Origin: Isurus oxyrinchus
Lineage: Eukaryota
Length of the DNA: 64,000 nucleotides
Assembly (NCBI GenBank): GCA_026770705.1
Contig: JANJGN010000006.1
Coordinates: 50,592,001-50,656,000 of the forward strand
Direction: 5' to 3'
The notes below the pieces were generated by a model. That model was not told where the DNA came from and did not search any database. It saw nothing but the letters and a program-made list of their open reading frames with translations. A program made the position numbers and the translations under genes. How positions within the stretch are numbered: the first letter of the stretch is position 1; each line of letters opens with the position of its first letter. Positions 48,332-61,600 of this stretch are shown here, piece by piece.

Positions 48332-50933
48332 CAGCCTAAAGGAGGCTGCCTGGCCGTTCTCGATACGGACTGCCAGTTCCCCATTGGAACCGATGGTCTG
48401 AACACTCCCGCTGCTGATTTAATTTTCCCGATGAACACGGGAGTCTGAAACACACTGGGCAGGCCTTAATTGGCCCGCCCGCGCAAAATGGCGGCGGGTT
48501 TCAGTGGCGGCAATCAGCCGCCTGCCCGCCCGACAAACACAATATTCAGCCCATTAATGGTTTACGGTCTGACACAATGGTGAAATAGCGACCATGCAGG
48601 AACTGGTGGAATTCCTTCACCCCGAATACCACCGATAAACCTTCCTTTTCTAGCTGGGAATAACCTTTCTCGGTTGTGGAGAGGGTTCTCGAGACATAGC
48701 CAATGGGCCTTTCAGACCCATTTTTCATTTTATGGGATAGCACAGCTCCCACTCCATAGGGAGAGGCATCGCATGTTAATACCATCCCCCTTTCAATGGG
48801 TCATAGTGTACCAATAGACACGACAAATGCTTTCATGAAGGCTTCTTCCTGTTGTAGCCCCCAAAGCCAACAGTGGTTCTTTATTAGGAACGAGTATAAC
48901 AGTGCCAACACAGTTGATAGGTTTGGTAAACATTCAGGCTTAATTACTGGAACTGTGGGTGCAGACAATTCTGAAAATTGGACTGGTTGGATTATGCCCA
49001 GCTTTTCCAACTGGTGCAGCTCCTCATCAACCTTTCCTTTCAATGTATAAGGCACAGGTCTTGCCTTAAAGAAGCAAGGTGTCACCTGTGACTCCACATG
49101 TATCTGGGCCTGCATGCCTTTTAATTTGCCTAGTTCATCCTGAAAAATCATATTGTATATTCCTTGAAGTTCTGGAAATCCATCAGATTTGAGGTGAAAT
49201 ACCTCAGACCAGTTGAGCTTGGTTTTCTGTAACCAGCCTTGGCCTAAAAGACTGAGTCCTTCTCCTTTCACAATTATAACAGGCAGCTGGGCTGTCTGTT
49301 GCTTGTAGGAAAGCAATACTATGGCGATGTTCTTTATCTGAATGGATTCTCCAGTGTATGTCTTTAATTCTAGCACATGCTTATAGTCAATGTTGACCTC
49401 AGCAAGTAAAAGGCGCTGTTTGGCGTCATCCCGAACTCCACAAACTGACTGGTCCCGCAGCATATTTAATGTGTCCCCAAAGTTGCAATGTTCTGTTAAC
49501 TGCTTGAGGCTCACTACATAGGTTGCAATGGATTCTCCCGGGGCACTAATTATGGAATTAAATTTAAAACGCTGCATTATTATGGATGGCTTCAGTGGGA
49601 AGGGTGTTTTTACGAGGTCCACTAATTCATTATAGGACTTAGAATTGGGCACGCTCAGGGCCACCATGTTGCGAATGAGGTTGTATGTTTTACTGCCACA
49701 TACACTCAAAGAGATGGCTTTCCTCTGTGGTAATCTTGTTCGATACGAAATAAAGACCAAGGCGCTCTACATTACTGGCTCTAGTCTTCCATAGATGCAC
49801 CATATGGATCGATTCTGCTGAAGAGTAGCATGACTGGTGAGTAGTCTTTTTTTCTTAAAATTCAATGTACTCACAGTAGCCGGGTAAGGCACAGAGTCGG
49901 AATTAATTATACCCTCATCGCCAAATGTAATGACTCGACATAGCGGACAGGTTTCAACAAGAAACAGCCAAACTTTATTACAGAGAGCTTTTCAGGTGCT
50001 ACACACTTGATCAGGACTCTCGTCAGGAAGCCCCACACCCCAGATCTCCCACACTTAGGGCTCATTGGTCAGAGCCTTAACAGAACATCACGTGACCCCT
50101 AATAGACAGCAGGACGGGCTATACCCTCAGTTACCACAGACTTCTACTTAGCATCCGAACTACAGAGAGCCCTGTTACATATGACACAAGAGTTATCATG
50201 CATTCCATGGCAGACTGCAGTGCAGACAATTGTTCATCAATAGATGTACAGATACAGCTAGTGAATTTCATTTTACTATTCACCAAACCTAGCATTATAT
50301 AAATGCACATCATCTATACAAGTGCCTTGCATAGACAACCCTTCTCAGACAATAGTCACTGTCTGTAAGCAGGCCCTGTAATGTCAGAACCTTTAGATGC
50401 TGCAGCACAAACAAAAGCTGTGTTGGGTTTCTGGCCTTCAGTAACCTCCTCACCTATTCAACGTTATTCACACTGTGCGACTTCTTTCAACCCAGTGAGT
50501 CACATCCTCTGCTGTACGTTAGATATATTGCTGCTTTGAAGAAGTGATGGTGATCCAAGGTGTGGTGATGTGTGCAGCTTGACTCTGTTCTTCATTTTCT
50601 GAGAAAATAGAAGTAAACAAAAGCCAAAATGCTACCCCATGTAAACAACTTTATCGATTCCATTTGATGAGGTCCTCTGTGATGTTACAGAAATTGGATG
50701 TATGCCGGTGTGGTAGTCACCCAACAGGACAACACTATATGATGCTATGATATCAATTCAGAGGCTGCCTCTGGCTTCACCATCTCCTGCTTCTTGACAA
50801 TTTTCCAACCTTTGTTTTCCATGGTAGTCTCCCTGCAAACAGCCAGAGCTTAAAGTATTTTGGGATCCATTTTTGGGAGGCCATTTCTGTTAATTATGTG
50901 AAAGCTTGCGCTGCAAGCAGATATTGAGGTTAT

Positions 50934-51553
50934 GGGCTGAATTTTACCCCCGTTGGGGGGTTGGGGGGGGGGGGGGGGTGTTGTGTGCGGGTGGGCAGGA
51001 GCGAAGGCGAACCTGATTGAGCATGCACCGCCATTTTACGTGGGCAAGCCAATTAAGGCCCACCCAGCGTGACGCTCGCCCAGAAGCACTGAGCACACCC
51101 TGTGCGGGCAGGGGGAGGAGGCTGAGTGCGAGCTTGCGCTCCTTCGCACATGCGCGTGAAAGAGTGCAGAAATCTCCCTGAGATAACAGAGCTGCCTCAG
51201 GGAGATTCGTTTAATGTTCAAGCAGTTAAAGAAAGAATTGAAAATATTTTTAAGACATGTCCCCTCATGTGACAGTGTCACATGAGCTGGGACATGTCAA
51301 AGAACATTAATGTAAAGAATTATTTAATTTATAAACATTTCATGAAATCTCATTCCACCTGTGGATGATGTTCCATGAAACACGCGAAGGCCGCCTGGGC
51401 TCTTCGCCTGCTCACCAACCTTAAGGTTGGACGGGCAGCTCCTTTAATTAATTTAATAAGTTTTAAACAGACCTTAATAGGCCTTTGACAGTTTGGCCGT
51501 CATCACGCGTCATTTTACAGGCCGTTGGGCTCGCTAACCGGAAAATTCTCCCC
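50934..51553. mobile_element. Harbinger MITE
   Basis: TIRs gggctgaattttac / gaaaattctccc; internal hairpins shared with 52805-53491. Confidence 0.88.
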
Positions 51554-52804
51554 ATAGAGTAGTGAAAATGTCAGACAGCAGCATCACCCAAGATGCATAA
51601 TGCAAGAACTTTGAGATATAGGTTCCTGTATGAAGCTTTTGTAAAGACTGTGCACAAAGGCTGCCATAAGCCCTTAGTAATTTTACCTGGACCATGCATG
51701 TCCTTATTCATGGCATGCTATTACTTGGCCTGCTTCTGCTATGTCAGGATTGGAGTTGAATAACTTCCTGTTATGCATGAAAAAGTGAACCAATAAGAGC
51801 TTTCTTGCATGTTGACTATTCTCTGATGCTTGTCACACATATCCTTTTTCTTAGATGTTCTTGGGGTGTGGGTAGCACTGGCAAGGTCACATTTATCTGT
51901 GTACTTCCTTCACTGAGTTTATACTTAAGCTTATGATGGCCTAAAGTAATCAGTGTACTTATGTCTCTATGTCTTCTGATTGTGTTAGGCTATCATGAAC
52001 ATACTTTGACAGCACCTTCCAATCCTGTGACCTCTACCACCACGTCCCTCTAAGTCACAGACCATCCTGACTAGGAACTATTTGCTGTCCTTCACTTGTC
52101 ACTGGATCAAAATGTTAGAACTCCCTCCCTAACAGGTGTCACTGACAATTTTAACATGGTACCTGTTATTACCCATGATCAAATATATTTGTATGTGAAT
52201 GTATGTATTTTCTTACCCTCAGGGTGATTGAGTCAATTTAAGTAACCCAGAAGCAAGGTTTCATGTATTAAAAATGAAGAAAGTTACTTTATTTCTCTCA
52301 TGCACTTGCCCTGAAGGTTAAACAATAGCTTGATGTCTCACCCACACTATCATACACTCAAAAAGTAGATGCAGTTGAAGGTCAAACAATAATTATAAAA
52401 ATGGAATTTAACTCAGCTCTATTTTGTTGCTGGCCTGATGTTCCTTAGCTGAGTTGATGTTTTGGCTGGAAGTGAAGATCTTGAAAAGCAGGGATTTCTC
52501 CATGGCTGTGAAGGCTCTTGGTAATAGATGCAGAGCTTGAGAACTCAGCTGAACTTGGTGGGAGAACAGATTAGAGGAGAGAGTCATTGTTCCTTTAGCA
52601 AGATATTGCAGGTATGTACTTAGACTGCAGCGACCGTAGCTCTTTACTGGACTCCCTGTCTCTGAGGGAAGTTGGTCTTGAAGTCTTTGAAGATGTTTTT
52701 TCCAAAGTCAGTTTGAACTTCTGTTAATATCTGTTATCAGGGAGCCAAGATGGCCATTGTATCATGTCACCTCACATGAAATGCTGAGTCATTGTCCAAA
52801 TAAG

Positions 52805-53491
52805 GGGCAGAACTTTCCACCTGTCGGGGGGAGAAGTTGATGGGCGGGTGCATGCGGGCGCACTTCCAATCGGTGCCCCCGATCGGAAGCGTGGCGCCTT
52901 TTATGTGGGCAGGTCAATTAAGGCCTGCCCAGCGTGACGTCCACAGGGAAGCACTATGCGCTCCCAATGCGGGCAGGGGGAATCCCTAAAATTGAGAGTG
53001 GGCTCTTTCACGCATGCGCATGAAAAAGCACATTCATCTCCCTGAGGCTAAGTGTAGCGTCAGGGAGATCGGCTCTATGTGTAAAAAAGATAAAAGTAGA
53101 AAAATAAAATTTCCCTTACATGTCATGAGGTGGGACATGTCAATAATTTTTACATAATCTTTATTAAAAATTTTTAAAGTCAACATGAAACCTCATCCCG
53201 CCTGTGGATGAGGTTTCATGATTTTTCTAGTTGCCGCGGAGGCTCCTGGCCTGGCAGCCAACCTTAAGGTTGGATGGGCAGGTCCTTTAATTACTTAATT
53301 GATCCCATCAATGGCCTCAATTGGCCATTGACAAGTCGGTGGGTCCACAGCTCATTTTGCTGCACTCCCGCCTTCCTGAAAATTTAAATCAGGCACGGTG
53401 ACGTCGGGAGTTCCCCCCAACGTCACCTTGCATTATTTTACGCGTTGGTGAGCGGGCCCTGCCCCCACTCGCCGATGGTAAAATCCTGCCC
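52805..53491. mobile_element. complete Harbinger MITE with AAG TSD
   Basis: aag|gggcagaacttt ... aaaatcctgccc|aag. Confidence 0.93.
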
Positions 53492-53624
53492 AAGGTGTGG
53501 TGGTAATTCAACTAAACAGCCTGTGTTCTTCTTCCACCTGTAGTTTCACTCACCCATCTGTGTTTGAAAAAGGTGAAATCTGCGTTTTCGCACTGAAGAT
53601 GTTGAGGGGTTTTGTTCATCTCCT

Positions 53625-54095
53625 AGTCATAGAGTCATGGAGTCATAGAGGCCTACAGCACAGAAAAAGGCCCTTTGGCCCATCGAGTCTGCGCCGGTCA
53701 AACAAGTACCAAACTGTTCTAATCCCATTTTCCAGCACTAGGCCCATAACCTTGTATGTCATGGCATCGCAAGTGCACATCCAAATACTTCTTAAATGAT
53801 ATGAGGGTTTCTGCCTCTACCACTCTTTCAGGCGGTGAGTTCCAGATTCCCACCACCCTCTTGGTGAAAAAATTCTTCCTCACATCCCCTTTAAACCTCC
53901 TGCCCCTTACCTTAAATCTACGCCCCTTGATCCTTCCGCCAAGGGGAAAAGTTCCTTCCAGTCTATCCTATCTATGCCCCTCATAATTTTATACACCTCA
54001 ATCATGTCCCCTCCTCAATCTCCTCTGCTCCAGAGAAAATAACCCCAGTCTATCCAATCTCTCCTCATAACTAAAACTCTCCAGCCCAGGCATTG
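53625..54095 (-). mobile_element. CR1 3' fragment
   Basis: (agtcatag)n tail, ggccctttggcccatc, ttccagattcccaccaccctc, ctcctcataact. Confidence 0.88.
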
Positions 54096-54489
54096 TTGAA
54101 CATTGAGTCAATATCAGGAGTGTCCTCTTCGTTCTTCTGGAGACAAATTAATTCAATCTACAAGAAACCTCTGGTAATCTTTGGAAGCCATCTTGAATTT
54201 CAGTCTTTTAAAGTAAAAATATAGTTTTAAAAGATTCAGAATATTGTGATGCCAGTACGACCGTGACACGACACTGTGGGTGTAACTACAATGGTTTAAA
54301 AAGGCAGCTTACCGCCATCTTCTCAAAGACAATTAAGGATTGGCAATAAATGCTGTCCTTGCCAGTGGTGCTCACTTCCCAAGAATGAACGAAAAGCAGA
54401 TAAAAATCCAGTGAAGAAACTACACAGATTTACCTGCATGCTAAGCACCAAAAGTAGAAGACTAAGGGAGGAGCTAAGCAGTGCTACAA

Positions 54490-56145
54490 CCAAACCTGTC
54501 CTAAGCCAAAACTCTGCAGACTGCATCTTAACAAGTCCTTAACAAGTCCTATTTGTCCATCAAGCATGTACTCATTGACCTACATTGGCTCCTGGTCTGA
54601 CAACGCCTCAATTTTATAATCCTCATCTTTGTTTTCAAACCCCTCCATGACCTCACTCTTCCCTATCACTGTAACCTCCTCAGCTCTTTGTGTCTTCAAT
54701 TTCTCTGCATTCCTTCAATTCTTGCATCTTGTGCATCCTTAATTTTAATCACTCCATCAGTGCTTTCAGCTGCCTCGGCCCATGTTCTGTACTTCACTCA
54801 CTGGTTGACAGGGCCCTCAACCGTGTCCGGCCCATCTCCCGCGCATCCACCCTCACACCTTCCACTCCCTCCGAGAACCATGATAGGGTCCCCCTTGTCC
54901 TTACTTATCACCCCACCAGCCTCTGAGTTCAAAGGATCATTCTCTGCCATTTCTACCAACTCCAGCATGATGCTATCACCAAACACATCTTCCCTTCACA
55001 CCCCCGGCAGCTTTTCCGCAGGGATCATTCCCTCTGGGACACCCTGGTCCACTCCTCCATCACCCCCTACTTCCCCAACCCCCTCCCATGGCACCTTCCC
55101 ATGCAACCACAAAAGATAGAACACCTGCCCCTTTACTTCCCCCCTCCTCACTGTCCAAGGGCCCAAACACTCCTTTCAAGTGAAGCGCTGCTTCCCTCAA
55201 TTTAGTCTACTGCATTCGCTGCTCCCAATGCGGCTTCCTCTACATTGGAGAGACTAGAGGCAGACTGGGTGACCACTTTGCGGAACACTTTCAATCTGTC
55301 CGCAAGCTTGACCCAGACCTCCCTGTCGCTTGCCATTTCAACACACCACCCTGCTCTCATGCCCACATGTCCGTCCTTGGCCTGCTGCAATGTTCCAATG
55401 AAGCTCAACGCAAACTGGAGGAACAGCACCTCATCTTCCGACTAGGCACTTTACAGTCTTCCGGACTTAATATTGAATTCAACAATTTCAGGTCTTGAAT
55501 GCGCTCCTCCATCCCCACCCCCTTTCCGATCCCCTTTTTTTCCATTAATTTATAATTTTTTTACAACTATATTTTTTCCTTTTCACTCCTATTTTTAAAC
55601 TTATTTCGATCTATTGTTTCATCTCCATCATTTAGCCCATTTCGATCCCTTCCCCCCACCCCACCCGCACTAGGGCTATCTGCCACTAGCTTGCTTCCCT
55701 TAATGTCTGCATTAGTACATCCTTTAGATAATATCACCACCATCAACACTCCTTTGTCCTTTTGTCGATGACATCTTTGGCAGTCTCTTCTTGGCCTCCA
55801 CCTATCACTGGCCCCCTATCGAGCTCTCCTGTCCTACTCCCTTCTACCAACTTATATCTCATCTCATTTCTATATGTCTTAGTTCTGCTGAAGGGTCATA
55901 TGGACTCAAAACATCAACTGTATCCCTCTCCGCAGATGTTGTCAGACCTGCTGAGTTTTTCCAGGTATTTTTGTTTTTGTTCTGAACTTCACTCCTTAGA
56001 CCTTTCCATCTCTCTATCTCTCTCTCCTCCTTTAAGAAGCTGTTTAAAATCTACCTCTTTGACCACCTTTTGTTCATTGTCCTAATATAATTTTCTGCGT
56101 CTCAGTGCCAAACATATTTATCTATAGTGCTCTTGGGATATTTTC
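54490..56145 (+). mobile_element. L2 3' fragment split by Penelope
   Basis: caaaactctgc..gacctacattggctcc..ttttcaaaccctccatg; resumes 55995 ..aaaatctacctctttgacc. Confidence 0.7.
54800..55979 (+). mobile_element. Penelope 3' part (RT tail, GIY-YIG, pLTR) with 15-bp TSD
   Basis: VDRALNRVRPISRASTLTP..DRVPLVLTYHP; YIGET; TSD ttctgtacttcactc (54785-54799) / ttctgaacttcactc (55980-55994). Confidence 0.92.
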
Positions 56146-56159
56146 CTGCCAGTTGTTGT

Positions 56160-57120
56160 TGTGTACCTATCTGACAATGTAGAAAACAGCCAGGATATGC
56201 CCTATCCACAAAAAAAAAGCACATCTAGCCCAGCCTATTACTGACCAATAAGACTTTTCTTGGTGAGCAATAAACTGAGGGAAGGTGCCATTAATACTTT
56301 TTTTTAATTCATTCACGGGATGTGGGCTTCGCTGGCTGGGCCAGCATTTATTGCTCATCCCCAGTTGCCCTTGAGAAGGTGGTGGTAAGCTGCGTTCTTG
56401 AACTGCTGCAGTCCATGTGGTGTAGGTATGCCTACAGTGCTATTAGGGAGGGAGTTCCAGGGTTTTGACCCAGCGAAAGTGAAGTAACGGCGATATATTT
56501 CCATGTTAGGATGGTGAGTGACTTGGAAGGGAACTTCCAGGTGGTGGTGTTCCCATGTGTCTGTTGCCCTTGTCCTATTGGTGTCATACCTACTGTAAAA
56601 GAAGATGGTTGTAGTTGTCAGAGACCAGCCATCATAGTTCCAGAACATTGTTGCAGGAGTTACTCAGAGAAACAACCTTGGTCTACTCATCTTCAGCTAA
56701 CTCATCAATTACCTTTCTACTGCCATATGGTCAAGGCTGGGGCTATCTGCCGATGATTCCACAATGTTTAATTCCATTCACCACATCTCCAGTAATGAAG
56801 TAGCCCATGCTATGCTACAGCAGAGCTTGGATCATACGCAGGTGTGGGTTGACAAATGCTTAGCAACATTTATACCATAAAACTACCAAGTAATGACTAT
56901 ATCGAACAAGAGGAAGGTTAGTCACTTGCCTTTGACCTTTAATAGCACATCATTGCTGGTTCTCCAGCTATCAACATCTTGACCAGAAGGTGGACTGATT
57001 CAAGCATATCAACAACATGGCCACAAAACTACACAGAGGCTGGATACCCTTTAATGAATCAATCACCAGCTGACACTTCAAAGCCTGTCCACCATTCACA
57101 AGGTTTGAATCAAGACTGTG
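56160..57120. mobile_element. degraded LINE fragments including a family-A tail (minus, 56298-56580)
   Basis: Tail motif reverse complement; cagcagagcttggatcatacgcaggtgtgggttgacaaatg resembles the RT thumb. Confidence 0.65.
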
Positions 57121-58478
57121 AGCCTATGTGTTTTCCAGGTCCTGCTATAGGCTGGCATGAGTTGTTTCATTATCAGAGGATTGGTGATTAGAATGGAACA
57201 AATGTTTATTTATTCACCTGTAAAGAAAGTACCATTCATTTATTTATTTGATAGGAACCAATCAAAAACAGCCTGCAGTCTGTGGGGAATTATTTTCCAA
57301 ATTATTTTGTTAGACATCTGCATTGTCCACCTACCACACCTCTCAACCTGCCCCTTGTAAGAGCTACATTCTGAGCAATGTCACAGAAGCGTTTAGTATG
57401 ACAAACTGAATAACAGATAAATATAATTAAACATTTTTTAAAAATTCAGCATTTATATTTTTTACTCGGTAATTTACGTTTGTTTTACTTTCCCTTATAT
57501 TAAACCTGTACTACATGAAAATGTTGTAAGCAAAGTACTTTTGGATCAGAGATCCCATTTCATCGATGATTGTGATGATGGTTTCTGAGAAACTAATTGA
57601 ACACAATTATATCTTTGAATGATCCAACAATAACCTTGGGGACATTTTATTGTCATTTGCAGAAATATTTGCTATTCAATTTTTTTGTTTAATATTACAA
57701 TGATTTTAATGTCAAATTACATTACTCATATAGTTTCTGAAGGATTTTAAACAACAGTTCCTTGAGATAAACCCAATGGCCTTATTGTAGCATCCCAAAA
57801 TTACAATTGAGATATTTATATTATTTTTACAAATAATCACCTGTGTCAATAAACCTCGACCTATAAATCTGGGTAGGCTTGATAACAGAAGGATAAATTG
57901 CAGATATGGAATAGATGCATAACAACACCTTTGAGTATACCTATGATTTAATTATTTATGATTATTTTTGCAGCTATTCGCTTTGACTTCAAATGAAATG
58001 AAAACCAATACAGATGCATAATGTACAAATAATGTTAACACTAATTTAGAACACTTTAAAAAACTGCTGTAAAATCATTATGAAGACCAAACAACACTAC
58101 TTAAGGATTAAGTTCTGTGCACATACAATATATCTCTCAGGAGCAGAAGCAAGATAGGACAAATATTTCCAAAAGTGACTAGCAGATAGACTTAGATTTA
58201 TAGTTATATATCATTATTTATTTATTTTACGGCATAATTATGGTTACATTGTACATTCAATATACTTTTCAACTTTATTACCTCAGGAATTTGTATTATA
58301 TATTCTCAGCTTCAGACCATGTATGTGATACACTGGCTACATTCTGAATGCATTATGATTTTGAGGAGTCATTGATGCCTTCCTTCATTTTAAGCCACAG
58401 ATACATTCCTTTATTTTTTGATTCCTTTAAACAATATTTATTAAACATTTATTAAATCATACTGCTCAGGTTAGAATG

Positions 58479-58662
58479 AGGGTAAATTTTGATTTTGAGT
58501 GATTATGTAAAATCGGTGATGTCAATTCCATCGCCCATTATACATCTCTTGCCAGTTTCATTTCCATTGACTTCAAATGAAATGAAAACCAATACAGGTG
58601 CATAATGGGTGATGGAGTCAACATCACCTGTTTTACTCCATCACCAAAGTTAAAACAACCCC
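58479..58662. mobile_element. short palindromic MITE
   Basis: Arms gggtaaatttt..gtaaaatcggtgatgtcaattccatcgcccattat / ataatgggtgatggagtcaacatcacctgttttac..aaaacaacccc around ccattgacttcaaatg. Confidence 0.75.
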
Positions 58663-61600
58663 CAAAAATGTTTAAACTAAATTCTATCAAAATATACACC
58701 TCTATGTTGTTGCTGTGCACAGCATGCATCCCAGCACCTAAAACTGCATGGTCTCCCAACAAAGCTTTTTTTTTAAGTATAATTCAAATCGTTAAAAGCA
58801 AATCCAGTTAAAGAATGTTTTTAAAGGTTTAACATCAGCAGAAGAACAAAAAAAATGTAGATTTAGATATAATTCAGAGTAAATCTTTATTATAATACCC
58901 AGGTCATAATAATGTTGATAGCACCAAAAAAGTTAATATATTTGTTCATATTTATTTCATTAAACATATTGCCCACATCAACATTTATGACAGAATTTAA
59001 CACAGTCTTGAAATTTAGCCAAAAGTCTAACAATATTTGTACTCTAAATTTTTCATGTCTGTCATCTGGAAAATCTCATACCATTCTCCAAGCCCAAGCC
59101 AAATCCACTTAACATTAAATAACTAAATAACAGGCAAAAAGAGGTGGTACAGGCTAATGAGTCTAGCATGTTAACACCCTGTTAGGTGACTGGACTATTT
59201 TCATCTATCTATTTTGTAAAGAACCCAGAATTACATTTGTTGCCATTCATTGACATGGAAATTAGTATTGTTCGCCTACATTATTAAAGGAAATTTTTGT
59301 GTAGTTTAATGGTTCACACATGCAATGTCCTCCTAAGCAGCAGTGAAAAACTCAAAATTGTGTATTGTAAATGCTAATTTATCAATTATTTTTCTATAAA
59401 TACTGCAATTCAACAAAATATTGTATTAAATAATTTTTGTATATTCATGCTTTTTCATTAATGGCCTGTTCTTGTTGATGTATTAGAAATTATTGGTTTT
59501 GTGAAATACATGTAAAGCAATATAATTCCAGAATATAAAGTCAAGCTGATTGTTACAAACAACAATGACTATGGTACATAATGGTCTACATTCTGTTTAC
59601 GGACAATACATGACATAGGAGTGAAGGTAATACAATTAACTTGAATACATATGTATTACTGTTTCTAAGTTTATTCATAATTTTCTAAATTCTAAACCAT
59701 TATGTCAGAATAAATTAGAAATATATTGACCTTGAAGTATTTTTCACTTTGCCATGTATGGAACTCATTTCAAATATTCCAGTACTGATTTTAATAATGT
59801 GATGAATGCTGGTTAATCCTATAAATTGGAATTCACTGCTCCTGTTCCAGGTTTTAAATCCACTTCTATTTGCAAATTACTGCAAATTTGATTTTCCTCA
59901 CATCATACACCAGCTGTTTAATTTTTCTCACCATTTCTCTTTTCCCAAAAGAAGCCCAAAAGGCAAAAGACAGCAAAGACAATAAAATATTACTGCTATG
60001 TATTTGTAAACAGCAATTATAATGTCAATAAACTGGATACTTTGAAAAGATTAAAGAAACAAAATGATTACAAATTATGATTAAATCTGATTAAATATGA
60101 TTAGCAACTTTATATAATACATATTTCTTATGTTTTACAACAGGATGAACACTACTGCACCTCAATATGAAGGACTTTTCAATGTTTAATTAAGAAGAAT
60201 CAAAATTATTTCTTATTTCACATGAAGCTAATGTTATTTTATCAATACATTTTAATAAATAATAATTTTTATTTGTGAAATTTAAGTGAACAATTCTTAA
60301 AAGTATAGTTAAATATTAGAGAACATTGATTGCATCCTTAAACATTAATATAAAATTTATACTATAAACACAAAAAATTACTTTAAAAATCAAGAATTTT
60401 TGCTAAAACTGAATACTTAAGTTAATGGAACAGGAAAAAGGTAACACATTTTTAAAATAAAATAAATAAATTGCCATTTTGGATATTTTTCAATTGTTAT
60501 GGAACTAGAAAGGCATAATCAATCAATTAATCCATTTTAGGCTAATTGATTAAGTACGTTATCGGAAGATAATGATTCAAATTAGCAAATCTTGAAAGAT
60601 GATCTGTGTATTTATATCAAGCATTTGGTCCTTATATTATATATATATATAATTGTTATTTATTCAAGTTCACACTTCATGAAAATACACACCTCTTCTC
60701 ATAAGTATATCTATATGATGTTAGAAGTGTTACAACATTTTCTCCTTTGATCTTATTGTTGATAAAGAGAAATAAGAAATTTCTCTGCCATTTCAAGTTT
60801 AGATACAGAGTGAAGTCTGCACCTTTACTGCAAATCGCTGTAAAAACTGAAACCAAGAACCTCAATGTAACCTATTTTGGACCAAGAAAAGTACCAAGGA
60901 ATTATAAATAAATGAATAATACTAACATAGATAGAATTTTAATTTTACTCTTCTATCTATGGTTAGCAAGCAAAATTCTGCAGAGCAAGAAGGCTCTCAA
61001 ACATGCACCATATAAATAAATAATGCCGTAGATAGATACAGATAAAATGAAAGATAATGACATGATAAAAAGGGATTTTCTGCTATTAAGAATGCTAGAT
61101 TTACCATGGAATTATCTGTATTTCCTCTTTTGCGTGTTCTGTTCAGTTTGCAATTCTCTGCTTAAATTTCAAAGTTATTATTTTTATATTTCCATTGTGG
61201 ATTATAAATTTTGATGGGATTTTATATCATGATCTTCAGTATTGTATGCCATTAACAGCACCTCTGTATTTCTTCAAATGAATATATGGTATAACATCAA
61301 AACTGAAGTAAGTGTACTAATGCTATTATGTTCAGGTACAATTTTGACAAGGTACACCCATTTCTCCTTTCTTCTCTGTTCAAATACACACGTGCACACA
61401 TATATATGCACAACTCCATGGAAGAAGAAGAAAACATAGTAATGCCATAAACAATTTGAAGAAGCAATGCATTCTTGAGTTATCCAAAAAATTGTAATTA
61501 AAACTTAAAGCCACTAGAAAAAAATTCAATATATTTTGACTTTGCTGCTGAAAGGTTGATGTATTTTCAGTTTGAACACTTAACATAACATAACATTAAA

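Larger units (their letters stand above)
43244..48552. mobile_element. full-length PIF/Harbinger transposon (convergent transposase and Myb/SANT genes), 3-bp TSD ATT
   Basis: TIRs gggcagaatttt / aatattcagccc; att at 43241-43243 and 48553-48555; removal restores Gypsy RNase H frame KPLM|CLLSEDKAIP. Confidence 0.95.
40700..50138 (-). mobile_element. Gypsy LTR retrotransposon (gag-pol with deletions), both LTRs present, three DNA-transposon insertions
   Basis: LTRs 49926-50138 and ~40707-40855; PBS tggcgatgagg (49913-49923, tRNA-Ser type); PPT aaagggggaagaaa (40856-40869); gag ATG 49831, IIMQRFKF, LKTYTGE, FFKARPVPY, LTCDASPYGVGAVLSH, HGLPEIVISDNG. Confidence 0.93.
52137..54268. mobile_element. 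solo LTR-like element containing a MITE and a CR1 tail
   Basis: TGTCAC..GTGACA termini exactly at the break in the host LINE tail. Confidence 0.6.
52005..54395 (+). mobile_element. family-A LINE tail split by a solo-LTR-like insertion
   Basis: ..aactccctccctaacag (52135) resumes as cactgtgggtgta (54272) and ends in caataaatgctg..gaatgaac. Confidence 0.75.
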
